Both the position numbers and the translations under genes were made by a program. The notes under the pieces are model-generated. The model had not been told where the DNA came from and did not search any database. It worked only from the letters and a program-made list of their open reading frames with translations. A DNA stretch of 37,364 nucleotides from a virus (taxonomy: Duplodnaviria; Heunggongvirae; Uroviricota; Caudoviricetes): the IMG/VR virus record IMGVR_UViG_2548876853_000021. One strand, written 5' to 3'. Positions 10,145 to 18,698 of this stretch are shown here, in pieces. The first letter of the stretch is position 1. Each line of letters starts with the position of its first letter.

Positions 10145-10717
10145 TCAGGGGGATTCATTGATCTTATTTGCCGGAAATTTTCTATAAATGGTAGAAACGC
10201 CTACATCAAAAATCAGTGCAATACGCTGTCTTGATTCTCCGGCCTCGAGTAAACGCCCAATCTGTGCCCACTGTTCGGTGGTCAACTTAGGACGGCGTCC
10301 ACCTACTCTGCCTTTGGCACGAGCTGCAGCCAGCCCTGCCCTGGTACGTTCAACTATCAGTTCGCGTTCCATTTCAGCCAGGGCACCCATGACATGAAAA
10401 AAGAAACGGCCCATTGGGGTACTGGTATCAATACTGTCAGTCAGGCTTCTGAAATTCACACCACGCTGGCGCAACTCTTCTATCAGCGTAACAAGATGCC
10501 GCATACTGCGCCCCAACCTGTCCAGCTTCCAGACAACCAGCGTGTCTCCTGCCGATAGTGTCCTGAGTAGTTTTTTCAGCCCCGGTCTGTCGGACTTAGT
10601 GCCACTGATTTTGTCCTCAAAAATCCGCTCACATCCCGCGCAGTTCAGTGCATTACGTTGCAAATCGGTGTTCTGGTCATTTGTTGACACGCGTACATAG
10701 CCAATAAGCATGATCAT
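10145..10717 (-). CDS. serine DNA invertase (Hin/Gin/Cin/Pin family)
   Basis: 190 aa; N-terminal catalytic motif YVRVSTNDQ, C-terminal HTH; adjacent to tail-fibre genes. Confidence 0.9.
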   Translation of the reverse strand: MIMLIGYVRVSTNDQNTDLQRNALNCAGCERIFEDKISGTKSDRPGLKKLLRTLSAGDTLVVWKLDRLGRSMRHLVTLIEELRQRGVNFRSLTDSIDTSTPMGRFFFHVMGALAEMERELIVERTRAGLAAARAKGRVGGRRPKLTTEQWAQIGRLLEAGESRQRIALIFDVGVSTIYRKFPANKINESP

Positions 10718-10766
10718 CCCCCTGAATAAAAACCGGAGATGATGCCAGTTAGCTGTTACCTCTGCA

Positions 10767-10794
10767 TTTTCTTAAACGTTGGTTTGGGAGAAGG
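10767..10794. promoter_or_regulatory. invertase recombination site (hix/gix-like), left
   Basis: 16-bp core ttggtttgggagaagg (10779-10794) is the exact reverse complement of 12661-12676; flanks resemble Hin-family half-sites. Confidence 0.6.
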
Positions 10795-11413
10795 TTCATT
10801 TGGGTTCAGAAATCTGGTTGCCTTCACAACGGCTGGAGTAACAAACTGGACTGTTCCTGAAGAGTTGCGCAAAGGAAGAAAATGTTACGTCAAAGTTATT
10901 GGTGGCGGTGCGTCAGGAGGGATAGGTTCAACAACCGCTTCAGCCGTTACATGTGGCGGAGGAGGTGGTGGGGGCGGAGTTGCTGAGGGGCTGGTAGATT
11001 TAACTGGTATAAACAGTGTTTCGATTACGGTTGGTGCCGGTGGTGCGCCTGTGTCTGGTATTTCTGTAAACGGTAAAAATGGTGGCTCGAGCAGTTTCGG
11101 GACTTACATGTCAGCTTCCGGAGGCTATAGCGGAGGCCAGCCTTCCGGAGGGTTAGGCGCAGTTGGTGTCGGGGGAACAATTAATACATCGCTTGGGCCA
11201 GGTTCTCCAGGTTCCATTGCTTCTGCCGCATCGGGAGCTGGTAATGGTGGTTCTGGTGGTGGCCCCGGAGGAGCAGGTTCATTCAGAGATACAGCTAACG
11301 GAAAAGCGGTATCAGCAGTTGGGCCTGGAGGTGGCGGTGCTGGATTATGTCCTAATTCATCAACGGGTCAGTCGGGTGCCGGAGCAGATGGCGCAGTTTA
11401 TATTTACTGGTGA
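10781..11413 (+). CDS. silent alternative tail-fibre C-terminal cassette (Gly-rich), expressed only after inversion as a fusion to the constant part of H
   Basis: open frame continuous through the recombination site; shares GLGEGS at the junction with H; the ATG at 10739 lies outside the invertible segment. Confidence 0.6.
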   Translation, partial: GLGEGSFGFRNLVAFTTAGVTNWTVPEELRKGRKCYVKVIGGGASGGIGSTTASAVTCGGGGGGGGVAEGLVDLTGINSVSITVGAGGAPVSGISVNGKNGGSSSFGTYMSASGGYSGGQPSGGLGAVGVGGTINTSLGPGSPGSIASAASGAGNGGSGGGPGGAGSFRDTANGKAVSAVGPGGGGAGLCPNSSTGQSGAGADGAVYIYW

Positions 11414-11420
11414 GGTTCAT

Positions 11421-11591
11421 ATGTGGGCAAGAATTGAAGAAAATAAAGTAGAAGAGATAACGGAAATTAATCCTGAAGGAAGATTCCATCCATCATTAAT
11501 ATGGAAAGAATGCCCTGCTGACACACAGCAGGGGGATTTATATATTGATGGTGAGTTTATTGTGCAGTCTCCGGCAGTTCAGGCCAGATAA
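11421..11591 (+). CDS. short alternative tail-fibre assembly protein (tfa'), possibly truncated
   Basis: 56-aa ORF with GAGG Shine-Dalgarno directly after the alternative fibre cassette; its 3' end overlaps the 3' end of G on the other strand. Confidence 0.4.
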   Translation: MWARIEENKVEEITEINPEGRFHPSLIWKECPADTQQGDLYIDGEFIVQSPAVQAR

Positions 11592-12165
11592 CATCCGGCG
11601 CGGTGCTGGTATCTGTTGCCGTCACCGCGTCAATGTAATCCAACACCGTGTTGAGTCGGCTGGTTTCTGACTGCGTCAGATTCCGTCCGGCCTGTAATTT
11701 CAGCTGAATCAGACTGATGGAAGCCATTGCAGCATCAATCAGTGACTGACGCTGTGCTTCTGCCGCGTCTACTGCGGCGCTATGCTGTGCCTCAGTATCG
11801 GTCACCCATTTCTCACCATCCCATTTATCGTATGGAGATAAAGGGGCGATAGTGGTTGTATTTTCAGGGTAATCACCCGGAGCTTTGATTTCTTTTGATT
11901 CTCCTGTTTCTGTGCTAAAGACGATTTCACCACGATGGTCTGGCACATATTCCCATGAGTTAAAATCTGCAGAACGGCAGATTGCATACCCAGTTTTGTA
12001 TGAGCCAGGAGCATCTAAACAGGAACATGCCGGAATGCCGACACCCACAGCAAGATATTCAGTTGATGTGAAAATATATTCCCGTGTTTCACCATCATAG
12101 TTATAAACCGTAATATTTCCTGCCTGGGTGGCGATAAATTCGTTATTTAATACAGCGTAATCCAT
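11557..12165 (-). CDS. G: tail fibre assembly protein G
   Basis: 202 aa; conserved Tfa C-terminus (...IWPELPE...); start overlaps the H stop. Confidence 0.85.
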   Translation of the reverse strand: MDYAVLNNEFIATQAGNITVYNYDGETREYIFTSTEYLAVGVGIPACSCLDAPGSYKTGYAICRSADFNSWEYVPDHRGEIVFSTETGESKEIKAPGDYPENTTTIAPLSPYDKWDGEKWVTDTEAQHSAAVDAAEAQRQSLIDAAMASISLIQLKLQAGRNLTQSETSRLNTVLDYIDAVTATDTSTAPDVIWPELPETAQ

Positions 12166-13724
12166 TATGCAGCCCTCACAATATACGCAAATGCCAGGTT
12201 ACGTGGTCTGGTTTCTTTAATTAAAGAGGAGGCATCAGGTGAACTCACTGATTCAGCACCATTTCTTCCACCAGTGGTATAAGTAAAAACTCGCTCACTG
12301 TTAGACCAGTAATCCACACCAACTGTTCTTGCTGATGAAAAAATGGTTTCATCAGATATAACCTGTTCTATTCCATACGGGATATTAGTAACTGACCCCA
12401 CTTTTGTAGGTATTCCATGATTATGAGAAATTACTGCATGCTCTTGATTCGTTAATAAAGTACGACCGCTATCCACTCCACGCCCGTCATCCCAGCCACG
12501 AATAAACTCACCACGTAAATCAGGCAATTTATTTGTCGGGTAAGCCTTTGCCAGTTCCGGGTATGCTTCAGCAGAAAAAGCCGCACCGTTGCATTTCAGC
12601 CAACCTGATGGCGGTGTGGCTGAAGGCCATGGAACAGGCACACCAACAGGTAATGCAGAGCCTTCTCCCAAACCAAGGTATGTGAGAAGACCAGCTACAT
12701 CCTTTCCACTCAAATTGGTAAGCGTATTGTCCAGCGGTTGTTTACCTGCCAGCGCATTAAGCATTGTCGTGGCAAAGTTCGGATCATTCCCCAGTGCCGC
12801 CGCCAGTTCGTTCAGTGTATCCAGTGCAGCAGGTGCAGAACCCACCATTCCTGCAATCGCCGATTTCACAAAAGCCGTAGTGGCAATCTGTGTATTGTTG
12901 ACCGACTGCGCCGCCGTGGGGGCTGTTGGCGTTCCGGTGAGTGCCGGACTCGACAACGGTGCTTTTAGTGCCAGCGCATTGTTAATGGTGGTACTGAAAT
13001 TCGGATCATTGTTAATGGCTGCGGCTATTTCTTTCAGCGTGTCCAGCGTGGCTGGCGCACCATTAATAAGGGCCGTCAGTGCCGCCTGTACAAACGCAGT
13101 GGTCGCAACCTGCGTGGTATTATTCCCCGCCGCTGGCGTTGGCGCTTTGGGGGTTCCGGTAAATGTCGGGCTGGCTTTTGGCGCGTACTGTGAATGCGGG
13201 TCCGGTGCGGCAAGATGTTTTGCCATCTGATCATCCGCGTACACCTTCAGCTCCAGTGCCTTGTCATCCACATACTTGCGGGTTGCCAGCACTACAGCAG
13301 GGTCGATTTTCAGGGTGATATTGTCCGTGCTGCTGGTAATCAGCACCATGCGCACGGTCTGAGTGCGCCCGCTACCTTCAGCCAGTTGCGGCTTATAGCT
13401 TTCCGGGCAGTTGCCCACGGCAATCAATGCCCCGGACTCATCAAACAAGCCCACTTCACGTATCCACCAACCGCCCTCGTTTTCAGGGATCACCTGTTCG
13501 GCAATAATCTGGCTGCTGTTCTGCGGATCGATATAAAGCATATTCAGCGCAGCCCGGCGTTTCTCATTTACCAGTGCCGTCTGCTTTGCGTCCGGCGTTG
13601 GCAATACTCCACTGCCATCGCCCACCGCCATATGGGTAATTTTTAGCGGCACACCGAGCGCGGCGGCGCTGGCAAGTTTCGCCGCGCCAATATCCGTCAG
13701 CAGGGTATAAAATTTTGTGCTCAT
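12165..13724 (-). CDS. H: tail fibre protein H
   Basis: 519 aa; two tandem ~53-aa fibre repeats (aa ~204-330); the variable C-terminal ~165 aa lie inside the invertible segment. Confidence 0.9.
   Translation of the reverse strand: MSTKFYTLLTDIGAAKLASAAALGVPLKITHMAVGDGSGVLPTPDAKQTALVNEKRRAALNMLYIDPQNSSQIIAEQVIPENEGGWWIREVGLFDESGALIAVGNCPESYKPQLAEGSGRTQTVRMVLITSSTDNITLKIDPAVVLATRKYVDDKALELKVYADDQMAKHLAAPDPHSQYAPKASPTFTGTPKAPTPAAGNNTTQVATTAFVQAALTALINGAPATLDTLKEIAAAINNDPNFSTTINNALALKAPLSSPALTGTPTAPTAAQSVNNTQIATTAFVKSAIAGMVGSAPAALDTLNELAAALGNDPNFATTMLNALAGKQPLDNTLTNLSGKDVAGLLTYLGLGEGSALPVGVPVPWPSATPPSGWLKCNGAAFSAEAYPELAKAYPTNKLPDLRGEFIRGWDDGRGVDSGRTLLTNQEHAVISHNHGIPTKVGSVTNIPYGIEQVISDETIFSSARTVGVDYWSNSERVFTYTTGGRNGAESVSSPDASSLIKETRPRNLAFAYIVRAA
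12661..12688. promoter_or_regulatory. invertase recombination site (hix/gix-like), right, inside gene H
   Basis: reverse complement of the 16-bp core at 10779-10794; falls at H codons 350-355 (LGLGEG). Confidence 0.6.
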
Positions 13725-14326
13725 GGATTCACTCTCATTGTGTCAATAACATGGACCGCCCCGCCTTCATGCGCGGTGCCACCGGAAATAATCGTTTCGT
13801 TGATATACGGATAGATCGTGATTTCTTCGCCAAGATAGCTGGCGGCTCCCACCCAATGCGGGCCGCTGGTCTGCAGATTGATGGACATGCCGATCATGTG
13901 GCGGCTACATGGTTTGGCATCGCTTATCAGTCGCTCAAGTTCCAGATAGGTATCTTCAGTGATGCCCTGGTCCTGCACGTCGATATCCAGGCGAAACGTG
14001 CCCGGTGTTTCTCCGGTCTGCCACCACTCAATAATGCGGATCAGGAATCCGAACGGCTCCACCACCCGCCGCACGGCACTGGTGGTCCCTTTATGCTGAT
14101 GAATATAAAAAGCATCCTTCACCACCTGGCGCTTGACGCTTTCTGTCCAGCCCTCGTCCCAGCGATCCACAGAGAACGCCCAGGCGAGATAAGGCAGGAA
14201 ACTGACCGGACAGGTTGCCGGATTCCACAAGTCACGAAGCGGCACCTGCAGATCAGAAATCCCGCTGCAGGTTTGCGCCAGTCGGCGCTCCAGTGGTGTT
14301 GAACCCGGTGGCAGCAGACTATTCAT
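13721..14326 (-). CDS. I: baseplate assembly protein I
   Basis: 201 aa; P2 gpI position. Confidence 0.85.
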   Translation of the reverse strand: MNSLLPPGSTPLERRLAQTCSGISDLQVPLRDLWNPATCPVSFLPYLAWAFSVDRWDEGWTESVKRQVVKDAFYIHQHKGTTSAVRRVVEPFGFLIRIIEWWQTGETPGTFRLDIDVQDQGITEDTYLELERLISDAKPCSRHMIGMSINLQTSGPHWVGAASYLGEEITIYPYINETIISGGTAHEGGAVHVIDTMRVNP

Positions 14327-15227
14327 CCGTTCCTCCGTTGGTTACGCTCCACTGCGTACATGATGCCGCCTGTGTTTTGTTCAGGACCACATCCGCCAGA
14401 GGAGAAGCCAGCTCCACACGCTGCACCCCCTCAACATGCAGGGCGGCAAAGATGGCGCTACGGCGAATATCCCGACCAAGACGCGTCTGACTGGCGATGT
14501 ACTTCTGCAGGCTGGCTTTTGCCGCTACCATTACCGGCTCTGCTTCCGGTCCAGGATAGAGAAAAATGGTGGCATCCACGCGATACGGGATGATTTCTGC
14601 GCTGCGAACCGTAAGACGGTCAGCCACCGGGCGGACGTTCTCACTGTTCAGAGCTTTTTCCACCACGTCCAGCAGGTCTTTTTCTGCAGTTCCATCGCCT
14701 TCGCGGCTAAGGACAGTCAGCACCACCTCTGCAGGTGCCGGGCTGGTTGCACTGGCATCCGCCACCCGACCGTCGGCGCTTCGGGCATGAAATTCATAAG
14801 CTGCAGTTGGCCCCGCAACAGAAAGCCCTTCAAAGGCTGCAGGCACACGCAGGCGCAACGCTTCATCGCTTTCCATCACAGCTGCAACGGGCGGCACAGC
14901 ATCATTATCAGCAGGCGTCACCGTCAGGCGTGTCACGTTGTAGTTGGCAGCGAGCTGGTCAAGATCGCCGCCTATCGCGTAAGCCACCATCACCGCCTGC
15001 GCGGCTTCGTTAATGCGCTGGCGCAGAAGCAACTCACGGTAAGCGTTCTCCTGCAACAATTTAGTGGCGGGTTCAGATTCCAGTTCCAGCGTGCGGATCA
15101 CTGCTTCCTGCTCATCTTTCGGATGAAGCGCCACAAATTCTGCCTTGCGTTCGGCAAGCAGCGTCTCAAAGTCCGGCACATCCACAATCTGCGGTGCAGG
15201 CAACTGCGAAAGGTCAATCACTGCCAT
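14319..15227 (-). CDS. J: baseplate assembly protein J
   Basis: 302 aa from an internal ATG with AGGAGCAGAGA Shine-Dalgarno (the ORF track adds 13 aa); P2 gpJ size. Confidence 0.85.
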   Translation of the reverse strand: MAVIDLSQLPAPQIVDVPDFETLLAERKAEFVALHPKDEQEAVIRTLELESEPATKLLQENAYRELLLRQRINEAAQAVMVAYAIGGDLDQLAANYNVTRLTVTPADNDAVPPVAAVMESDEALRLRVPAAFEGLSVAGPTAAYEFHARSADGRVADASATSPAPAEVVLTVLSREGDGTAEKDLLDVVEKALNSENVRPVADRLTVRSAEIIPYRVDATIFLYPGPEAEPVMVAAKASLQKYIASQTRLGRDIRRSAIFAALHVEGVQRVELASPLADVVLNKTQAASCTQWSVTNGGTDE

Positions 15228-15573
15228 TCTCTGCTCCTGTTGATACGGAAAGGGACACAGGCACACCGTTATTCCGCCGCCCGGTCAGCTCTACCACCAT
15301 TGAACCGTCAAAATTGCTGTTGATGGTGATGGAATCCAGCGTCAACCGTGGCTCCCAGCGACTCAGCGCCACATACACTGCCGACATGACCTGCAGGCGT
15401 AATGCCGGATTTTGTGGCTGATCTATCAGTGCCGACAGCAGGGAACCATATTCCCGGCGGGCAATACGGCTACCCTGCGGTGTCAGCAGAATGTCCCGCA
15501 CCGACTGGCGCAGATGATCAATATCAGTAATGACTTTGCCGCTGGTATTGTTCATCCCGCTATAAAGCGTCAT
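15214..15573 (-). CDS. W: baseplate protein W
   Basis: 119 aa; P2 gpW size and position. Confidence 0.85.
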   Translation of the reverse strand: MTLYSGMNNTSGKVITDIDHLRQSVRDILLTPQGSRIARREYGSLLSALIDQPQNPALRLQVMSAVYVALSRWEPRLTLDSITINSNFDGSMVVELTGRRNNGVPVSLSVSTGAENGSD

Positions 15574-16148
15574 ACCGGGCCTCCGGTTGTATCGCCGCCT
15601 TTCAGGACGCCAGTATGCTGATGCGCATCAACCACGATCCCGTTAGAACTCATCGCTCCGCCGCCCTGGGTAACGCCACCATTGATCACCACTTCGCTGT
15701 TAATGCGCGTGCGGTCAGCCTCCAGTACAAACTCACTGGTTTTCATGGTGATGTTGTCAGCAGCCTCAATGACCATTGATTTGATGCCCCTGACATACCA
15801 GCGCCCGGTGGCGGGTTCGTATTCAAACCAGCCACCGTCAGGATGTTCTGTCACGCAGGCGTCCGCCGACGTCGACGGTGGTGCGAACTGATTCGAATAG
15901 ACAGCGGGCAGCGCAAAGGCGGTTTCCAGATTGCCGCCCAGACTCAGCAGCACCACCTGCTCACCTTCCGATGGTCGCCACCATGTACGGGCATTCCCGG
16001 CACGCAGCGTCAGCCAGCTGATCCAGTTGGTTTCAAGCTCGCCCGTTTTCACCCGGCAAAGCCAGTTTTCCCTGTCCACTTCGGTGACTACCCCTGTGCG
16101 GATCAGGTTGGTGATAAGGCGCATGATTTCGGTTAATTGTGCGTTCAT
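15570..16148 (-). CDS. V: baseplate spike/assembly protein V
   Basis: 192 aa; P2 gpV position. Confidence 0.85.
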   Translation of the reverse strand: MNAQLTEIMRLITNLIRTGVVTEVDRENWLCRVKTGELETNWISWLTLRAGNARTWWRPSEGEQVVLLSLGGNLETAFALPAVYSNQFAPPSTSADACVTEHPDGGWFEYEPATGRWYVRGIKSMVIEAADNITMKTSEFVLEADRTRINSEVVINGGVTQGGGAMSSNGIVVDAHQHTGVLKGGDTTGGPV

Positions 16149-16194
16149 AGGGAAAGGTTGCCATCAGGGGAAGAAAGGCGGCAGTGCTGCAACT

Positions 16195-16212
16195 TGTATC
16201 AGTGCTGATACA
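16195..16212 (-). promoter_or_regulatory. putative Ogr-dependent late promoter element upstream of V (TGT-N12-ACA)
   Basis: TGTatcagtgctgatACA with 8-bp perfect inverted arms (ttgtatca / tgatacaa) in the 68-bp S-V intergenic region. Confidence 0.45.
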
Positions 16213-16216
16213 AAGA

Positions 16217-16663
16217 TCACCCCGCCAGCCATTGCAGAATCATGTCGCGGGTCATTGCCTCAACATCATCATTTACACCCAGAAGGCGACGCTCTGCGTA
16301 ACGCACCTCCGGTCCCTTACGACTGACGCGATCTCGCAGGCCGTAATGGTGAACGCGGGCAATGCGCTGCACCTTGCCTTCAAACTGCACGCTGGCAGAG
16401 TCGGTGCTGGCGGCAGTTTTCAGGTATTTTGTGGTGCGCAGCTTTGCAAACATCTGACGTTTGATACGGCCTTTTTTACTGCGTGCTGTTACCCGTCGCG
16501 GTTCATAGCTGCTGCCGTCAGGGTTGCGCTGCATCCTGATATTCTGCTGCTGTGTCCGGCGAAGTTCCTGCGCCAGCTGGCGCATCATGCGGCTTCTCGA
16601 GGCTGGTTCCAGATTCGCCAGCAAGGCACTCAGCCAGTCGTCCACCTTCTGCAGTTCAGCCAC
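16217..16663 (-). CDS. S: tail completion protein S
   Basis: 148 aa; P2 gpS size and position. Confidence 0.8.
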   Translation of the reverse strand: MAELQKVDDWLSALLANLEPASRSRMMRQLAQELRRTQQQNIRMQRNPDGSSYEPRRVTARSKKGRIKRQMFAKLRTTKYLKTAASTDSASVQFEGKVQRIARVHHYGLRDRVSRKGPEVRYAERRLLGVNDDVEAMTRDMILQWLAG

Positions 16664-17108
16664 GTTTCACCGTCCACATTTCTTCAGGTGCATCAGGTTC
16701 CGCTATAGCTTCAACGCTCGACACACTGCCGTCAGTGCTGACCAGCACACGTTCCGTCAGTTGCAGGTTCAGGCTGATATCACAGACATCGTTGCGCAGA
16801 ATATCCACCTCAAAGGTGAATAGCTTTTCCCGTAACGCCGGGTTATTGATGGCATCGGGCTGGTTATCCCTCAGCCACAGCAAAACCGGGGCCATCAGCA
16901 GATTCTGGTCGCCGCTGAAATCCTCAATCACCGCGTTCAGTGTGTAACGGTACTCCCACGACATGGAGCTGGCCCCCGTGGCAACCAGCGAACCGTTATC
17001 CACAAACAGATGCAGTTTGTCCGGGTTATTGCGGACATAAGGCACCGCTTTATTGAGGGCGTGGCGCAGGGATTGTGGTTTGTTCACTGTTTCGCTCCTG
17101 ACACGCAA
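16656..17108 (-). CDS. R: tail completion protein R
   Basis: 150 aa; P2 gpR size and position. Confidence 0.8.
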   Translation of the reverse strand: MRVRSETVNKPQSLRHALNKAVPYVRNNPDKLHLFVDNGSLVATGASSMSWEYRYTLNAVIEDFSGDQNLLMAPVLLWLRDNQPDAINNPALREKLFTFEVDILRNDVCDISLNLQLTERVLVSTDGSVSSVEAIAEPDAPEEMWTVKRG

Positions 17109-17340
17109 TAATCATGTCCACTTTGTCTGCACAGACCGCCCAGGCGGCCTCCGTTTCATCCAGCAACGCGTTCAGATCACCGTTAGTGCGCGGCGTTGCC
17201 TGATCCAGCCGACACGGCGTCACTCGCGGACAACCACTGACGGTAAGCCATACCTCCGGTGAGTGCCGGACGTTTCCGCAGCCGGATAATGTCAGCAGGC
17301 AAAGGAGTATCAGCCCAGCGGCGTAAATCCTCGTTCTCAC
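17050..17340 (-). CDS. lysC: LysC, Rz1-like outer-membrane lipoprotein (o-spanin)
   Basis: 96-aa ORF in an alternative frame, starting inside lysB and ending inside R; signal peptide with lipobox LTLSGC. Confidence 0.65.
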   Translation of the reverse strand: MRTRIYAAGLILLCLLTLSGCGNVRHSPEVWLTVSGCPRVTPCRLDQATPRTNGDLNALLDETEAAWAVCADKVDMIIACQERNSEQTTIPAPRPQ

Positions 17341-17611
17341 GTTTCAGTTCCTCGATCCGGTGTTGTCGTTGTCTCAGCAGCGTGCTGGTCTGTTCTGCTT
17401 CGGCATAGAGCCGCGCCTGCTCACGGTTATTGGTTTCAGTCAGAATGGACAGGCTGATAAGCTGGCTGTTGCTCTTTGCCAGTGCCTGGCTTTTGCTCTG
17501 CAGCTCGTCTGCCTGCGTGCTGATGGTCTGGCTGGCATCAGCCAGCCGCCACGTCTGCCAGCCCAGCGCCGCCAGTAATAACGTCAGCACAACCAGCAGC
17601 AACCGGTTCAT
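17183..17611 (-). CDS. lysB: LysB, Rz-like inner-membrane spanin (i-spanin)
   Basis: 142 aa; N-terminal TM helix then coiled-coil periplasmic domain. Confidence 0.8.
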   Translation of the reverse strand: MNRLLLVVLTLLLAALGWQTWRLADASQTISTQADELQSKSQALAKSNSQLISLSILTETNNREQARLYAEAEQTSTLLRQRQHRIEELKRENEDLRRWADTPLPADIIRLRKRPALTGGMAYRQWLSASDAVSAGSGNAAH

Positions 17612-17985
17612 GCTGCTACCTGTTGCGCCATCTGATTACGGGTGATCCAGAAGGCAATAACGGTCAGTAGATAAAAGACCAGGGTAATAGCCCACCCCGT
17701 CCAGGCGAGACTTACAACAATCAGCAATCGCATCACCCAACTGGTAAATACGTTTTCTTTTCGGGTAATTGTCTTCAGCAAAGATGCCCTTAACTCCTGC
17801 CAGAGCGGGCCATTCTTAATTAACGCAGCCAGTGCTACCGGAATTACCGCCCATGTCAGCAAACAGGCTACCCAAACGCCGGACGCTGCCAGTACCGGAA
17901 AAATCCCCTGCGGATACACCATTGCTGCGATTAACAGCGCCATCCATAACATCAGAAACAGTCCGCTGATTAATTTCTTTTTCAT
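17608..17985 (-). CDS. lysA: LysA, membrane lysis-timing protein
   Basis: about 125 aa from the internal ATG (MKKKLISG...); multiple TM helices; P2 lysA position. Confidence 0.65.
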   Translation of the reverse strand: MKKKLISGLFLMLWMALLIAAMVYPQGIFPVLAASGVWVACLLTWAVIPVALAALIKNGPLWQELRASLLKTITRKENVFTSWVMRLLIVVSLAWTGWAITLVFYLLTVIAFWITRNQMAQQVAA

Positions 17986-17986
17986 T

Positions 17987-18499
17987 TCAGTTTGCTCCCT
18001 GTAAACACCAGGCCATCTCCCGCGCACGGCGGTTATCCAGCCCCTGATTAAAAACACCTTTCACATAAACCCAGCGCGGCAACTGTCGGCACGCATCCGC
18101 CCAGCGCCGCTGATTGAGCAATTTCACCAGCGTGGAACTACAGGCATTGCCCGTCCCCACGTTGAAGGCAAACGACACCGTAGCGTCATACACCTTCTGC
18201 GGCGGCTGTTGCTTCACACACCTTTCCAGCGCCCGCTCCATACGCAGCACGTTGGAGATCAGCCCTTCCGCTGCCTGTCGTTCCGTGATGGTTTTGCCGG
18301 GAATGACGCCCGATGTATTACCAATGCCATCGGTCCAGACACCCGCGCTGCACTGATACGGCTGCAGACGACAGCCTTCGTAATCGGCAATCAGTTTCAG
18401 CCCCTCCACGGAGGTGTGAAGCTGCTGAAAACCCGGCAGCGTGGCAGCAATAGCCAGCACGGTCCCGACAAGGCAGCGTTTAACGATTGATGGATTCAT
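17987..18499 (-). CDS. K: endolysin K (lysozyme-like, probable SAR endolysin)
   Basis: 170 aa; N-terminal hydrophobic segment then EG..L....Y..Y.......GVWT.G.GNT motif resembling P21 R-type lysozymes. Confidence 0.8.
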   Translation of the reverse strand: MNPSIVKRCLVGTVLAIAATLPGFQQLHTSVEGLKLIADYEGCRLQPYQCSAGVWTDGIGNTSGVIPGKTITERQAAEGLISNVLRMERALERCVKQQPPQKVYDATVSFAFNVGTGNACSSTLVKLLNQRRWADACRQLPRWVYVKGVFNQGLDNRRAREMAWCLQGAN

Positions 18500-18695
18500 A
18501 ATCCTCCCGCGAGATCTGCCCGTCGCGCAGAAGCTGGTAGGCTTTGTGTTTGTAGTACCAGTTGATAGCCAGCATCAGCACACCAATCATCAGGCCGCCC
18601 AGCGTTGAGGCATCCTTGATGGACAAATCGCCCAGCCAGGCCAGCACGACGGCGATGCAATACGTGATAAAGGCGCTGATTCGCTCAAGCGTCAT
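18480..18695 (-). CDS. Y: holin Y
   Basis: 71 aa; two TM helices and a charged C-terminus; immediately upstream of the endolysin. Confidence 0.75.
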   Translation of the reverse strand: MTLERISAFITYCIAVVLAWLGDLSIKDASTLGGLMIGVLMLAINWYYKHKAYQLLRDGQISREDYESINR

Positions 18696-18698
18696 AAT

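Noticed and set aside
10739-10780. ATG at 10739 as the start of an independent 224-aa Gly-rich protein
   Set aside because: The ATG lies outside the invertible segment, inside the invertase promoter region, and has no Shine-Dalgarno; the frame is better explained as a promoterless cassette that is fused to H after inversion.
10900-11000. GGGGGGGG glycine run as a slipped-strand phase-variation tract
   Set aside because: The eight glycines are encoded by mixed codons (ggc gga gga ggt ggt ggg ggc gga), not a homopolymeric or simple-repeat tract.
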